Program-made: the position numbers and the translations under genes
Part shown: piece by piece, positions 24,458 through 36,481 of the stretch
Numbering within the stretch: position 1 is the stretch's first letter
Layout of the letters: every line of letters starts with the position of its first letter
DNA from: Lytechinus pictus
Taxonomy: Eukaryota
NCBI RefSeq assembly: GCF_037042905.1
Contig: NC_087245.1
Span: forward strand, 33,544,001 to 33,608,000
DNA length: 64,000 nucleotides
Direction of reading: 5' to 3'
Notes under the pieces: generated by a model
Database searches by the model: none
Seen by the model: only the letters and a program-made list of their open reading frames with translations
Told to the model about the DNA's origin: nothing

Positions 24458-24922
24458 CTGTGAAAGGGAATTTGAATAAAAAATTTAGACATACCGAACG
24501 AAAAGGGTTTAATGACACAGGACATCATAACAGATTAAAAACGTTATGTTGGTATTATTTCAACATTACAAGCTCTGTAACATTTGACCTCTAGTTATAA
24601 TAACCCCTTCTTTGGCAAGTGTGAATTTATTCTCAGGGGTTCGCCTTTCTTATGACATTGATCGCGAAATAAACAGGTTAGTAAAGGCTCCAAGACGCAC
24701 GGAGCCCGTTCGAAAAAAGAACAGTATAAAGTCATCAGTATAAAAACGGATATAAATACTGTATCATAGATCAAGCCCCCTCCCCGTAAGAAGGTACTCA
24801 AAGTAAAAGTGAATCTTTTCATGACTATATAAAGCCATCAAGGAGTGAAGCGTTACCCGGAAATATCATTTTTTTCCCCGCAAAGATAGCCCCCAGTCCA
24901 TATATTCACGACCTTGCCCCTA

Positions 24923-25922
24923 CAGTGCGTATCAAAAAACAGTTTACACTTAGAAAAAATCCTGTAAAATTATATATTTGTAATATCCTGAAGATTTTCC
25001 CACATTTTAACATTGGTACAGATCCATTTAAGCAAATGACGATATAACTGTCGAAAAATATTTACGCTTGAGTGAGCACCACTTACTTTTGAAAAGTTAG
25101 TGAAAAATGATTTGCGCAGAACTTTGAAATAGTTATGCGAATAAAAGTAGACCTTAATCATGAAGAACACGTGGAATTTAGCTAGTAAAATTGATTTGAA
25201 GATATCTTTTACCTTTTTAACTTGTTTCCTTGCCCAAAACACTTCGAAGAGTGCATTGCACCCCATCCCCCATCCCACTCCCCCACACACCGAGGCCATC
25301 GTGACGATATCTGCTTTACACTGAGCTGTGATTTACATGACATGGCTTAGGCTTGATTTTCCTTTTGTTAATCATTGTCAAGCTTGGGAAAAGTGTGGAG
25401 AAACAAGTATTAAAGGAAAAATGAAATGTAAACCCACTTTAAATGATAAAAACTTAGTGAAAAAATGCTGGAGATGTCTGATATAAACTTTTGTTCAGAT
25501 TCAGTTATGTTTTAAGATCCAGCTGGCTAAAAGGGGGGGGGGGTAAAGGTTGTGTTTACTAAGTGTTGAAATTTCAATATGGGTGGCAAAATTGTTACAC
25601 AATGCTTGAATGTATCCGTTTTATTTCAATTGACTAAAAGCGCAAGGGAAATCTATGAGAAATGTTTCGCAGGGTAAGTTTGATTTCGCCCTTTCTCCTT
25701 GACACAGCGTGAAAACGAGCATTTCTGCGCAAACAGATTTCTGCGAGCTTTACAAAAATGGACAGTGCTCACTCAGGTGTAACATTCCGTCATAACTTTT
25801 ACTTTCATTGGATAGATGAGACCCAAACCCAAGATTATATGTGAAAAAATTACCCACATGTTGTAAATTTTTTTAATTCCCAGGGCTTTTTCAAAGTGTA
25901 AACTTTTTTTTGATACGCACTG
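24923..25922. mobile_element. Tc1/mariner-type MITE (1.0 kb)
   Basis: TIR CAGTGCGTATCAAAAAA..AGTTTACACTT at both ends; TA on both sides. Confidence 0.9.
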
Positions 25923-28748
25923 TATAGATAATGAAAATTTTGCGCAATGTCAAAAATCTTTGCGATAACTGCATATATCATTGTCCTTTCGGAAGCTCGC
26001 AGTTTGATTAATTTTGATAGCCCATGTCAAAACTACTCGAATAAGATACATAACACTTACTAATGACAGTTGCCATGGTTTCAGAAGTCGAAATCACAAT
26101 CAAAGTGATCCAGGTGTAAAATACATATAGGAAATATTTCAATCTTGATAAGAGAGATAGGGGACAAGAGAGAGAGATTATCGTTATACTCATCACTTGA
26201 CATAGACACAGACACATCAAGTCAACAAAATACTGTCCACTCTGTTGGGTAATGTATGTAAACAAAAGTATATATAATATTCTGGGCAGCTATTCTAAAA
26301 TTGAGCAAATTATTACCCAATTATTAGTTTTTATTATCATATTTGGGTAGATTTTAACCAATAGTTGTGTGGACAGTATGTTGCCCATGGTTGTTTAAAA
26401 GTTGGGATTTTTTGCCCAACTATTTTAAGAGTGAATCCTATTCACTTTAATATAAGATTTTTGTTTTTGCTCGGCCTGATCGTTAGCAATGCATTTTTTT
26501 TTTAAGAAATAAACTGATATTCAAATCACGTGGATGTAAAAAATCATTTTCAAACGTTTTCATATGATTTTCTATTAATTTTTTATATGAATTTTCAATG
26601 ATATGAGTGAAATAGTAAAGGTCGGTTCAACATCGTCTCACTTACATGTATATCCTTATTATCTTTTATAATATTTGCAACCTGAATGGTAATGGTTATG
26701 GTTTATTGAAGAATTCGTTCGCAGCCAAAGGCTTAATTGCGGAACCTTTTCCAATATAAGTACAATAATATAAACATTACAATAAATTTCATAATTACAT
26801 GATTACTAAAACAAAAGAATCTTGCCTAAATAGGTGAGTACGCGGGATGGTATCGCGCATTTACACAAGTATAGACACTTATACAAAAAAGAGAATATTC
26901 ATTGAAAACACACACGCCATATTTGAGTAAAACTAAGAAGCGGGGGGTATCGGAGCACTTGAATAGTGTGATTTAGCAGAAGTGAGGAAGTATGGTGGCC
27001 CTGAAGGGACATCGCAAATAGACCAAATCGCGAATATTCACGACGAAATTGGCGACGAAATTCACGACGTCGCCAATTCCGTCGTGAATTTCGTCGTCAA
27101 TTTGAATATTCACGACGAAATTGGCGACTAAATTCACGACATCGTGAATTTCGTCGCCAATTTCGTCGCGAATTATTCACGACGTCGTGAATTTCGTCGT
27201 GAATTTGTTTTGCTTGCCTGGGCGGTATGCGGGTTGAAACCAATTCGTCTGCTGCTAATTCCTCCACTCACAACAGGGTCTACATTTATTTAGTCTAATG
27301 CAATTCTGTCCATTAACTTTTCGCCTAACAACTATATGGTCCAATAACCATTTGGTCCAGTCATCACTTCGTCTAATCACCAGTTCGTCTATGACCATTT
27401 CGTCTCATAACTAGTTTGTCTAATATCAATTTTATTTTCCTTAATTTCGCCCAATTAACACTTAGATCAATTAGACCAAATGGCATGTGGAATAAATGGC
27501 AATTGGACCAACTTGGTTATTAGACTAAATGGCAGTTAGACCATGTGGATAGTGAACGAACTGATGGTAGACCAAAATGATAGCAGACGAGTTGGCATTA
27601 GACCAATTGAAAATAAACCATTGAAACGACAGAACGATGTCCATGCACTGCTATCCATATGCATAGACTGAAACAGGGGGAGGGGGCCGAAGGGCCCGCC
27701 CCCCCCTACTTGCGGAGCAAAAAAAAAAAAAAGGGAAGAAAGAAATAAAAAAAAAAGGAGGGAAAAGAGATCTGAAAAAAAAAGAAGAGGAGGAAGACGA
27801 GTGAAAAAAACAAGATGAATGAAAGACATGGAAATAAAAAGAATCTTTCATGTCACTATATAAAAATTTTCGCTCGCGCTTCGCGCTCGCATTGCCTGTT
27901 GGGTGTTCCAGGGGCGGATCCAGCCTTCGCCAATAGGGGGGGGGGGCCGGAATCATTTTGGTTTCTGTGAAGGGGTAGTCTTCTTAGCTTTATTCTTATA
28001 AATCAACATAGATATATAATATCATAATCCTTATTTATATAATGTGAGCGCGAAGCGCGAGCTGATTTTTTTTGGAAATCTTATGTATTTTTCTTAAAAT
28101 TTGAACATTCTGGGCAATGTTTGTTTTCCTAAAAAAAGATGTGTATGCAAATAAATAATTACTACGAACGCGAAGCGCGAGCAGAAATAAACTGGTGGAA
28201 AAGGTACCTGTTAAAGACTGCATGCAGTTAGTCATGAAGACGTTATATATTTAAAAAATCAAATGATGCGAGCGCGATGCGCGAGCTGAATTTTTGGACA
28301 TTTTTACCTAAAGAATGGAAATTCTAAGGACTTTTTGTAACTTAAACAGAATAGGTATATAATAAACAATCGATGCGAGCATGAAGTGCGAGCGGAAATA
28401 GTCGAGATTTAGACCGAAATACGGGACACTCTATTCATGTTTTGTAAATTTTATAAAGAATGAGTAATTCCTACATCAATGATGCGAGTACAAAGCGCGA
28501 GCAGAAAATTGTTTATATTGTGATCTGAAACTGGATAATGATTTAAATGGAGAACAAGTTGAATATCTGAATAAACATGCGCGCGCGTGTTTCATATTTA
28601 GACCTAGAATCTAGGCATTCTAAATACATCTTTTATAATTAAAATCAAAGCGAGCGCGAAGCGCGAGCTTAAACTATTTGATATTCCGATCTGAAAAAAG
28701 AGTAAATTTCAGCTCTATATTTTAAGCACTTTATAAGAAAATTGTTTT

Positions 28749-31728
28749 TGTGTATGTGTATTCTGACTCTAATACACACTTGAACTCAATACTCGGTCTC
28801 GATCTCTACTCAATAACTAGGCATGTCTGCTTGGCTTGGAGTCACATTCTGAGGAAGGCAAAGTGATATGGAAAGTATAAACAGATGGAGTTGAACAAGG
28901 GGTTGTTCATGGTGGGGGTAATACAGCATGGTCAATATTTACACAACTGGTCTGGGGGTGGAAACATGATGATAGTGAGCTTGTGAACGGAGATGGAAAC
29001 AGTAGTTGAGATCATGAGGCATGAATTAATAGCATGATAGAATGGCAGAATGAGAGGATGGTTTGATGAAGAATGAATTGTGTGTATGAACACAATATCC
29101 CTCCCTTGTTTGGAAATAAACTTGTACTAACAAAAGATCTTCACAAAGTTCGATCACTGGATCTCATTAACAAATACAAATATATTCCTTGAGGTATTGT
29201 AATATTTGAAGGCAATAACAACAATTGTAAAATTTTCTAATTTACTTGAACCAGTCACATGTGAACTTAGCTATTAATGGAATTATTTTTTTAAGTCAAA
29301 AGAAATTGTTCTCAGTTCTTCCTCTTTTTCTCTGCTTTACTACATTATTTACAAAGTTTCACAGTTCTGTTCCGTAGGTCATAATCAATCCAGTTCCGTA
29401 ACCAAGTTATCAGTCCATATTTCTCAACGTTACAATATATTTAGAGCTGAACATTGCTCTTCTGAACGTTTCTCCTCTTATTCCTTCTTCGTTGGACAAC
29501 GGTCCATGTCTCGTGGTTGTCCACCTTATCAACGTGTTGCTCCTGTGTCTGAGCACCTCCCGCTAAGCGTATCAGTCCCAGCTCTGTTGATGTCTTCCGA
29601 CTGAGTGCGCATCCACTGTTGCCTCTCACTACCACAAATCGAGTCTTGGTCGACGATGACGCTGTCGACACTCTCCCAAAGAATTGTCCCAGGAGTGGAA
29701 GTGGGCTGCGACTTCCATATGCGTATACTCTCACGCGACTGGGGGTCAACCGGAGTGGTGAGCACCGGCCTCTCATCCAGCGAAAAGTACGCTCATCAAT
29801 GATGTCGACTGACGATCCCGAATCAACAAGGGCATCAATATTTGCATTGTTCACCATAATTGATCTTTTAGGAAGGGCATTCCCCTTCTCCCTCACGCTG
29901 AACATTACACTGTCATCATCTGAGTTGAAGGTCTCATTAAAATTGTCACTCGTCTTCGCTGCCAAGTTTGCACTGTCCCCAATCCCAGCAAATTCGTCGT
30001 TGTTGACATGGTTGATAGGACCTTGTCTCGAACTCAAACCACCAGACCTCAGTTTCGAACGGCAAACTCGTGCAAAATGACCTACCCGTTTGCAAACAAG
30101 ACACTCACGATTTTTGGCGGGGCATCCTCGATCTCCTGGTCGATGTCCCAATATACCACAGTTCCCGCATATATTGTCATGATTGTTCACACTCTCTGAT
30201 GATTTCGGTTGCCCCACTTGCCTGTCACTGCGATGAGACTGTCTCACATTTCCTCTTTTAACTACACACACAGACTCCGAAGTTCCTCCTGAGGCCTCCA
30301 TCACTCCAGCCTGCCGGTCTGCAGATTCAGTCGCCCTCGCTATTGAAAGCAAGTCATCCAGTTTCAGGTCATCTATCCTGAGTAGCTTCCTTCTAAGTGA
30401 GCTTGACGTACACTTATCCACGATTTGGTAACGAATATGTTCATCGGTGTGCTCACCAAATGCACATGATACTGCCACCCGGGGGGGGGGGGGGCCACTT
30501 CCATTGACAAGTGGATACCATGCGCGACCATGTGGTCTCGAAAAGCACCCTAAACACGTATTTTCCATATTCTGAAAATGCAAGTATTGAAAACAAAACG
30601 ATGCTCTTGGCAAGTATTCCCTGAAATGAACCCCTAAACAAGTACAGCGATATTTTATTATGTCACGGGTCCATCGGTCGTCGGTTTTACCTTTACACAC
30701 CGTTTGGTTTAGTACGGCCCCACCTTCCACACCTCTTGCAAATCGGACTCTAAACACGTAGTGTTGGGGCAAAAAGGACATCCTTTATAAAACATTTTAA
30801 TTTTGTTTTATCATCCCCGCAAATTTGACCCTAAACACGTAGCTGTCCTAGCGAAATAGATACCCTTTTTTCATTATTTTTGTGTTTTTGACACCCTTAT
30901 CACGTTACGTACGTAACGTGCCCTATCTTGAAAAAGACATCCTTTTTACGTGTTTTTTTGGTCGCGCATGGTATCCACTCGTCAATGTAAGTGGCCCCCC
31001 CCCCCCCCCGGGTGCTGCCAATACACGCAGTCGAGTGCAATATTCATCGACTGTCTCATCATCACTTTGAACTGCTTGTCGAAATGCATGTCTCTCGAAT
31101 ACCACATTCTTCCGGGGCTCAAAATATTTGGTCAGAGCCTTCAGCGTTGTCTCATACTTAGGCTCATCCTCTTCTACCAGTGTCTCATCATCACTTTTGG
31201 ACTGCTTGTCGAAATGCATGTCTCTCGAATACGGCTCGACGCGTGGACCTTTCACAGCCAGCACCCTTTGATGTTCGTTCGGCTAGGGCAGGGATTGCCT
31301 GGCCAAAATGGAGGCGGGTATTTGAGTACTACCTTGCAGCATCAGGAGTCTCAGCAGATGGTCAGAAGCGGGCCGTTCTACTGCATTGTGCAGGACCAGA
31401 AGTTCAAGAGTTATATGAGACTGAGAATGAGTTTAAGTGTGTATTAGAGTTAGAATACACAAAATTGGCGACGAGGATAAAAAACCCTGAAAAGGCAGAG
31501 AATATGGCTCGACGCGTGGACCTTTCACAGCCAGCACCCTTTGATGTTCGTTCGGCTAGGGCAGGGATTGCCTGGCCAAAATGGAGGCGGGATTTGAGTA
31601 CTACCTTGCAGCATCAGGAGTCTCAGCAGATGGTCAGAAGCGGGCCCTTCTACTGCATTGTGCAGGACCAGAAGTTCAAGAGTGAGAATGAGTTCAAGTG
31701 TGTATTAGAGTTAGAATACACATACACA
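28749..31728 (-). mobile_element. Rearranged Ty3/Gypsy LTR retrotransposon remnant (gag + protease only)
   Basis: LTR 28749-29094 (TG...CA on minus) preceded by PPT AAGGGAGGGATAT; gag with two zinc-knuckle motifs and protease ALVDSGSSVDII in ORF 29441-30781; gag VVFERHAFRQAVQ in 30923-31264; PBS TGGCGACGAGGA at 31466 and gag start at 31504 on the plus strand. Confidence 0.9.
30478..31012. mobile_element. CCCGG-terminated MITE inserted in Gypsy gag
   Basis: TIR CCCGGGG..CCACTTCCATTGACAAGTGGATACCATGCGCGACC; TSD TACTGCCA/TGCTGCCA (one mismatch); gag reads across the site after removal. Related pieces lie at about 39210-39507 and 47645-47690. Confidence 0.85.
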
Positions 31729-34388
31729 AAAATTGTAAGGTGGATATGGATTGCACAGAGCTGATTTTTTTTATTATAATTACTTTGAGTTTTGACATAG
31801 GACCGGTAAATCCTTAATTAGGACATGTAGGACATGTCATCATATGAAATTGATGACTGTCTTCATATTCCTCTTGCTAAGCGCGAGATGAAACAAAAGG
31901 GACAATTCAATTATTAAATTAATATCTTATTCATTAATGCCTAATGAGGGCGCGAAGTCTGATGATATTATGGCCTGAAAACTGGAAATTTCAAGCACTT
32001 TTGTAATTATAAATAGGATGCATCAGTTCATATATTTTTAACAATTAATGCGAGCGCAAATTGCGAGCCTAAATCTTTGTATACATTGTCATGAAAAGGG
32101 GATTGTATAATCAATATTGAGACATACAATCAAAATGCGAGCGTGCAGCGCTAGCTGATACGTTTTGACAATCATACCTGAAAAGGGATATTTTGAAAAC
32201 TTTATGGAATACACGAAAATATGATAGGTACCTGATAAATCGAAATTTGCGAGCGCGCAGCGCAAGCGGAAAATGTTAGTATTCAGACCATAAAACTGTC
32301 ATATTTACAGAGCACTTTAAAAAAATCAATTTGTAAATCACGCAAAATAATGAAAGTTTGATTTTCGAGATGAAATATGTTTTGTATATTGACTTCCAAA
32401 CTTGATATTTAAACTCCATATTAAACAAGATATGAAAATCACCTAACAGGCAATGTGAGCGCGAAGCGTGAGCGAAATTTTTATATAGTGACATGAAAGA
32501 TTCTTTTAATTTCCATGTCTTCCCCTCATCTTACTTGATTCACTCGTCGTCTCTTCTTTTTTCTACTCTCTTTCCCTCCTTTTTTTTCTTTCTTTCATTT
32601 TTTCCTTTTTTTTGCTCCGCCAATAGGGGGGATGCCCCTCGGCCCCCCTCCCCCCCCCCTGGATCCGCCTATGCATATGGAAAGCAGTGCATGGACATCG
32701 TTCTGTCGTTTCAATGGTTTATTTTAAATTGGTCTAATGCCAACTCGTCTGCTATCATTTGGTCTACCATCAGTTCGTTCACTATCCACATGGTCTAACT
32801 GCCATTTCGTCTAATAACCAAGTTGGTCCAATTGCCATTTATTCCACATGCCATTTGGTCTAATTGAACTAAGTGTTAATTGGGCGAAATTAAGGAAAAT
32901 AAAATTGATATTAGACCAACTAGTTATGAGACGAAATGGTCATAGACGAACTGGTGATTAGACGAAGTGATGACTGGACCAAATGGTTATTGGACCATAT
33001 AGTTGTTAGGCGAAAAGTTAATGGACAGAATTGCATTAGACTAAATGAATGTAGACCATGTTGTGAGTGGAGGAATTAGCAGCAGACGAATTGGTTTCAA
33101 CCCGCATACCGTCCAGGCAAGCAAAGCAAATTCACGACGAAATTGGCGACGAAATTCACGACGTCGTGAATTTCGTCGTGAATAATTCGCGACGAAATTC
33201 ACGATGTCGTGAATTTCGTCGTGAATATTCAAATTGACGACGAAATTGGCGACGTCGTGAATTTCGTCGTGAATATTCGCGATTTGGTCTATTTGCGATG
33301 TCCCTTCAGGGCCACCATAAGGAAGGGAAAGGAGAGATGGAACAAAAATGCAAGCTATGAAAGAGAAGACAGAGGAGGAAGAGCGGGAGAGAGGGTAAAA
33401 AGGTGAGGGGAGAGGAGAAGCGTATTCATTGGATGTTGGAAAGAAAGAAGGTAAACGGGGGAGATAGAAACAAGAAGTTGTAAGGCTGCAATGTTTTAGG
33501 TTAGATCGGAAAGCAAATTTTGAAGAAATTTGAAAATAAAACATTATTCTGATTCGAGTGCATAATATCAAATAATATATGATGGAGGTTTGGTTGTTGT
33601 ACATTTGAAAAAAGTATTCCTGGTTTGTAGAGAGTAACAACAAAATAATTTAATGAAATAAATTTCCTTTTAGTTATCTCATATAATTTACCTGCAATGA
33701 TTATCTCCATATCTTTGTAATTTTTTTCTGGCAAAAAGGGGTGATAATATAGAAATGCATGCAAAAGTCGATCAATTGTCAATATGAATTCCCTAGTTTC
33801 TGTTGTGCCAGACACAAACAGATGAACACTTTTTTTTTATAAAGCATTGAGTAAAAATTGTTCAAAATGTAAATTTAGCACTTAGTGCTTAAATTTACAT
33901 GTATACTTCCAAGTATAGAGTCATAGTTAATATGCAAAATTCACTTGATACTATATTATCAACACCAACAGCAATTGCCATTGTAAAGATAGGTATTTTA
34001 CCTGTTCCTTGGCACTCGGATAAACATTGTGAGAAGGTCATTTGTAGAAGGCTGCTCCCAGATTATTAATCGTTTTAGTTCCTCTTCCATACGGATTGTC
34101 TTTTTAGTTTCTAGATACAGAAAAGAGAGGAAATACAGTCAATTATTATTACTAATTAGATCGAAAAAATGTACTTGGGTAAAACCAAAATCGGTCATAT
34201 GACGAGCGATATATGTTTAAACAATTTAAAGGGAAACAAATTAAGATAAACTATGCAACATCGAAAGGTTTTTCTTATGATTCACTTAACTATTTTTAAT
34301 TATGATTGCTTGAAAGGCATGAAATATTTACATTCGTTGCAAGTACAGAGAGAGAGAGAAAATCGAATGAAGAATACAATGTTAGTAA

Positions 34389-34549
34389 TACCTCGGTCAC
34401 ATTTGCTCTACGGCGGCCGTACGGCGAGTCGAAAACAGCCGTTTTATTCATGTTTATTCAAACCACCAATATGTAGCTGGTACACAAAATGTATAAAACG
34501 GCTGTTTTTTCACTTGCCGTACGGCCGCCGTAGAGCTATGAACGAGGTA
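34389..34549. mobile_element. Harbinger-type palindromic MITE
   Basis: Termini TACCTCG / CGAGGTA, TAA on both sides, near-complete internal palindrome. Confidence 0.8.
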
Positions 34550-36481
34550 TAATTTTTTTCGTGCGTCAGAGGCAAATTGAGTAGCACTTAGCCAAGAAGC
34601 AGAATAAGCTTACTTTACATTTTAAGAAATGAAAAGAAAACTGAAAAATTAAAATCCATATTTTATTTTTCGAAATGAAATCTGACATATCAGTATTCCT
34701 TGTGCCCAATTGATCGTGGGCCCGGCAGCCACTGTGCAGCGCCAGTTCGAAGTGATTCTATCCCTTGACTTGTTTAATGCCAAACAGGGTAGCAGGAACT
34801 CCCATCCTTTATTGTTTTGCCCCCCCAATAATTCCGCATGTGCAAAAAATAAAATAAGATTGTAATGTTACACGAAAATCAGCAAGCGAGATTGAGATAC
34901 ACAACTCGTTCTTTATTTAAAATCGTGCTCAAAATGTCAGATTTTCAGATTGGAATATAAAAAAAATTTAGCTCGCGCTTCGCGCTCGCATCATTTCTGT
35001 AGCAAAACCCATACTTTTCATGATTAAATAGGTGAATAGAATGTCCCTTTTTCAGTTCTAGACCTCAAAAGAACTCCCACTTCGATTTGCAATAATCTTT
35101 TGTTGGATATATATCTTGTTCTTTATTAAAAACGTCCATTAAACTCAATTTTTTCAGATCGAAATATCAAAATTTTCAGCTCGCGCTTCGCGCTCGCATC
35201 TATTGTTTTTTAGATATCCATCTTAATCATTAGTACCAAAAATGCTTAGAATATCAAGCTTTCACGTCAGAATATAAAGAAATTTCAGCTCGCGCTCGCA
35301 TTAATTTGTTGGTGAAATATGTGTCTCTATCTCATGAGTCATATATATATATATATATGCCTCATTAATATATATATATATAGGCATATGTGTGTGTGAG
35401 TTTGTTTGTTTTGTGTGATCGAGTGCCTTTGGAAAGTTGATTCATGATTTTGCCCCCCCCCCCAATCTGAAAAATGGATCGACGCCCCTGCTAATACCAC
35501 TTGGTCTACCTATCAGATCGTCCAACTTCACATAGTCTAAACCCATTTCGTCTACAACCAGTTCGTCTAATATCAAATTCGTCTAATTCGCACTTGGTCT
35601 AATATCCAATTCGTCTAATTTGCAATTGGTCTAATATCCAATTGGTCTAATTTGCAATTGGTGTAATGACCAGTTGGGCTAATTCCTACTTGGTCTAATA
35701 TCCAATTCGTCCAATTCCTACTTTGTCTAATATCCAATTCGTCTCATGAGCAGTTGGGCTAAAACCATTTAGTCTAATTTCCAGTTTGTCTAACATCACT
35801 TGGTTTAATTTCCACTTCGGCTAATTTCTACTTCAATCCTGAAATGTTTTCTATTTTTTAATTTTTTCCCCTTTTTTATTATGCTTTGTTTTGTATTTTA
35901 TTTCCATTTGTATATAATATGTACAATGTATAATGATTATGTTTGTTATATGTATATGAAGTTATGAAAATAAAAAAAATCATTGAAAGAAAAAAAAATG
36001 TATGCAAAGGGGATCATCTCAGAAGTTCAACCATACATAAAATACGTACATCAGGAATCCGTACGAAGAGATATGGATGTTGGAAGTACAGCAAGTCGTG
36101 TTTCGATTTTGAAAAAAAAATGAGCTCGAAGAGAAGTATGTGGGAGAACGTTTACGGTGGTGCCTCGCAGGGACCTTAAAAAAATCTCTGACCTCAGATT
36201 TTACGAGCGGGCTTATCGCGTTATGTAAGCGGGCTCTAACTTTCGCCTCGCGGCTCGCCGATTGATGTTAGATATCGTTCCTTCGCCCGAAGGAAGCGAT
36301 GACAAAGGATTAACAGAGGAATTGGAAGATGGTTCTCCTTCTGTAATAGCTCTATGATTAGACCAAGTGATATTAGACCAACCGTCAGTAAACCGAGCCA
36401 ACACATCGGTTGAAATGGCGATTTGATACATGACTTTAGAAGATGTAACCTGATTTTCACATTCGTTTTACATGTAGGCCT

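Larger units (their letters stand above)
27909..32673. mobile_element. hAT-like non-autonomous element with GCGCGAAGCGCGAGC subrepeats, split by the Gypsy insert
   Basis: Ends CAGGGGCGGATCC and GGATCCGCCTATG; recurring GCGAAGCGCGAGC motifs; no matching TSD found. Confidence 0.65.
26991..33319. mobile_element. IS3EU-like composite foldback element with about 0.9-kb inverted arms
   Basis: Termini TATGGTGGCCCTGAAGGG / CCCTTCAGGGCCACCATA; 6-bp TSD AGGAAG (26985-26990, 33320-33325); arms 26991-27905 and 32440-33319. It sits in a probable LINE 3' end (about 26690-33800). Confidence 0.8.

Noticed and set aside
30478..30781. N-terminal part of the 446-aa ORF as real gag sequence
   Set aside because: It is read-through from the inserted CCCGG MITE.
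28749..31728. DIRS-type element, suggested by the inverted ends
   Set aside because: It has an aspartic protease, PBS and PPT and no tyrosine recombinase; the inverted ends are LTR tips.
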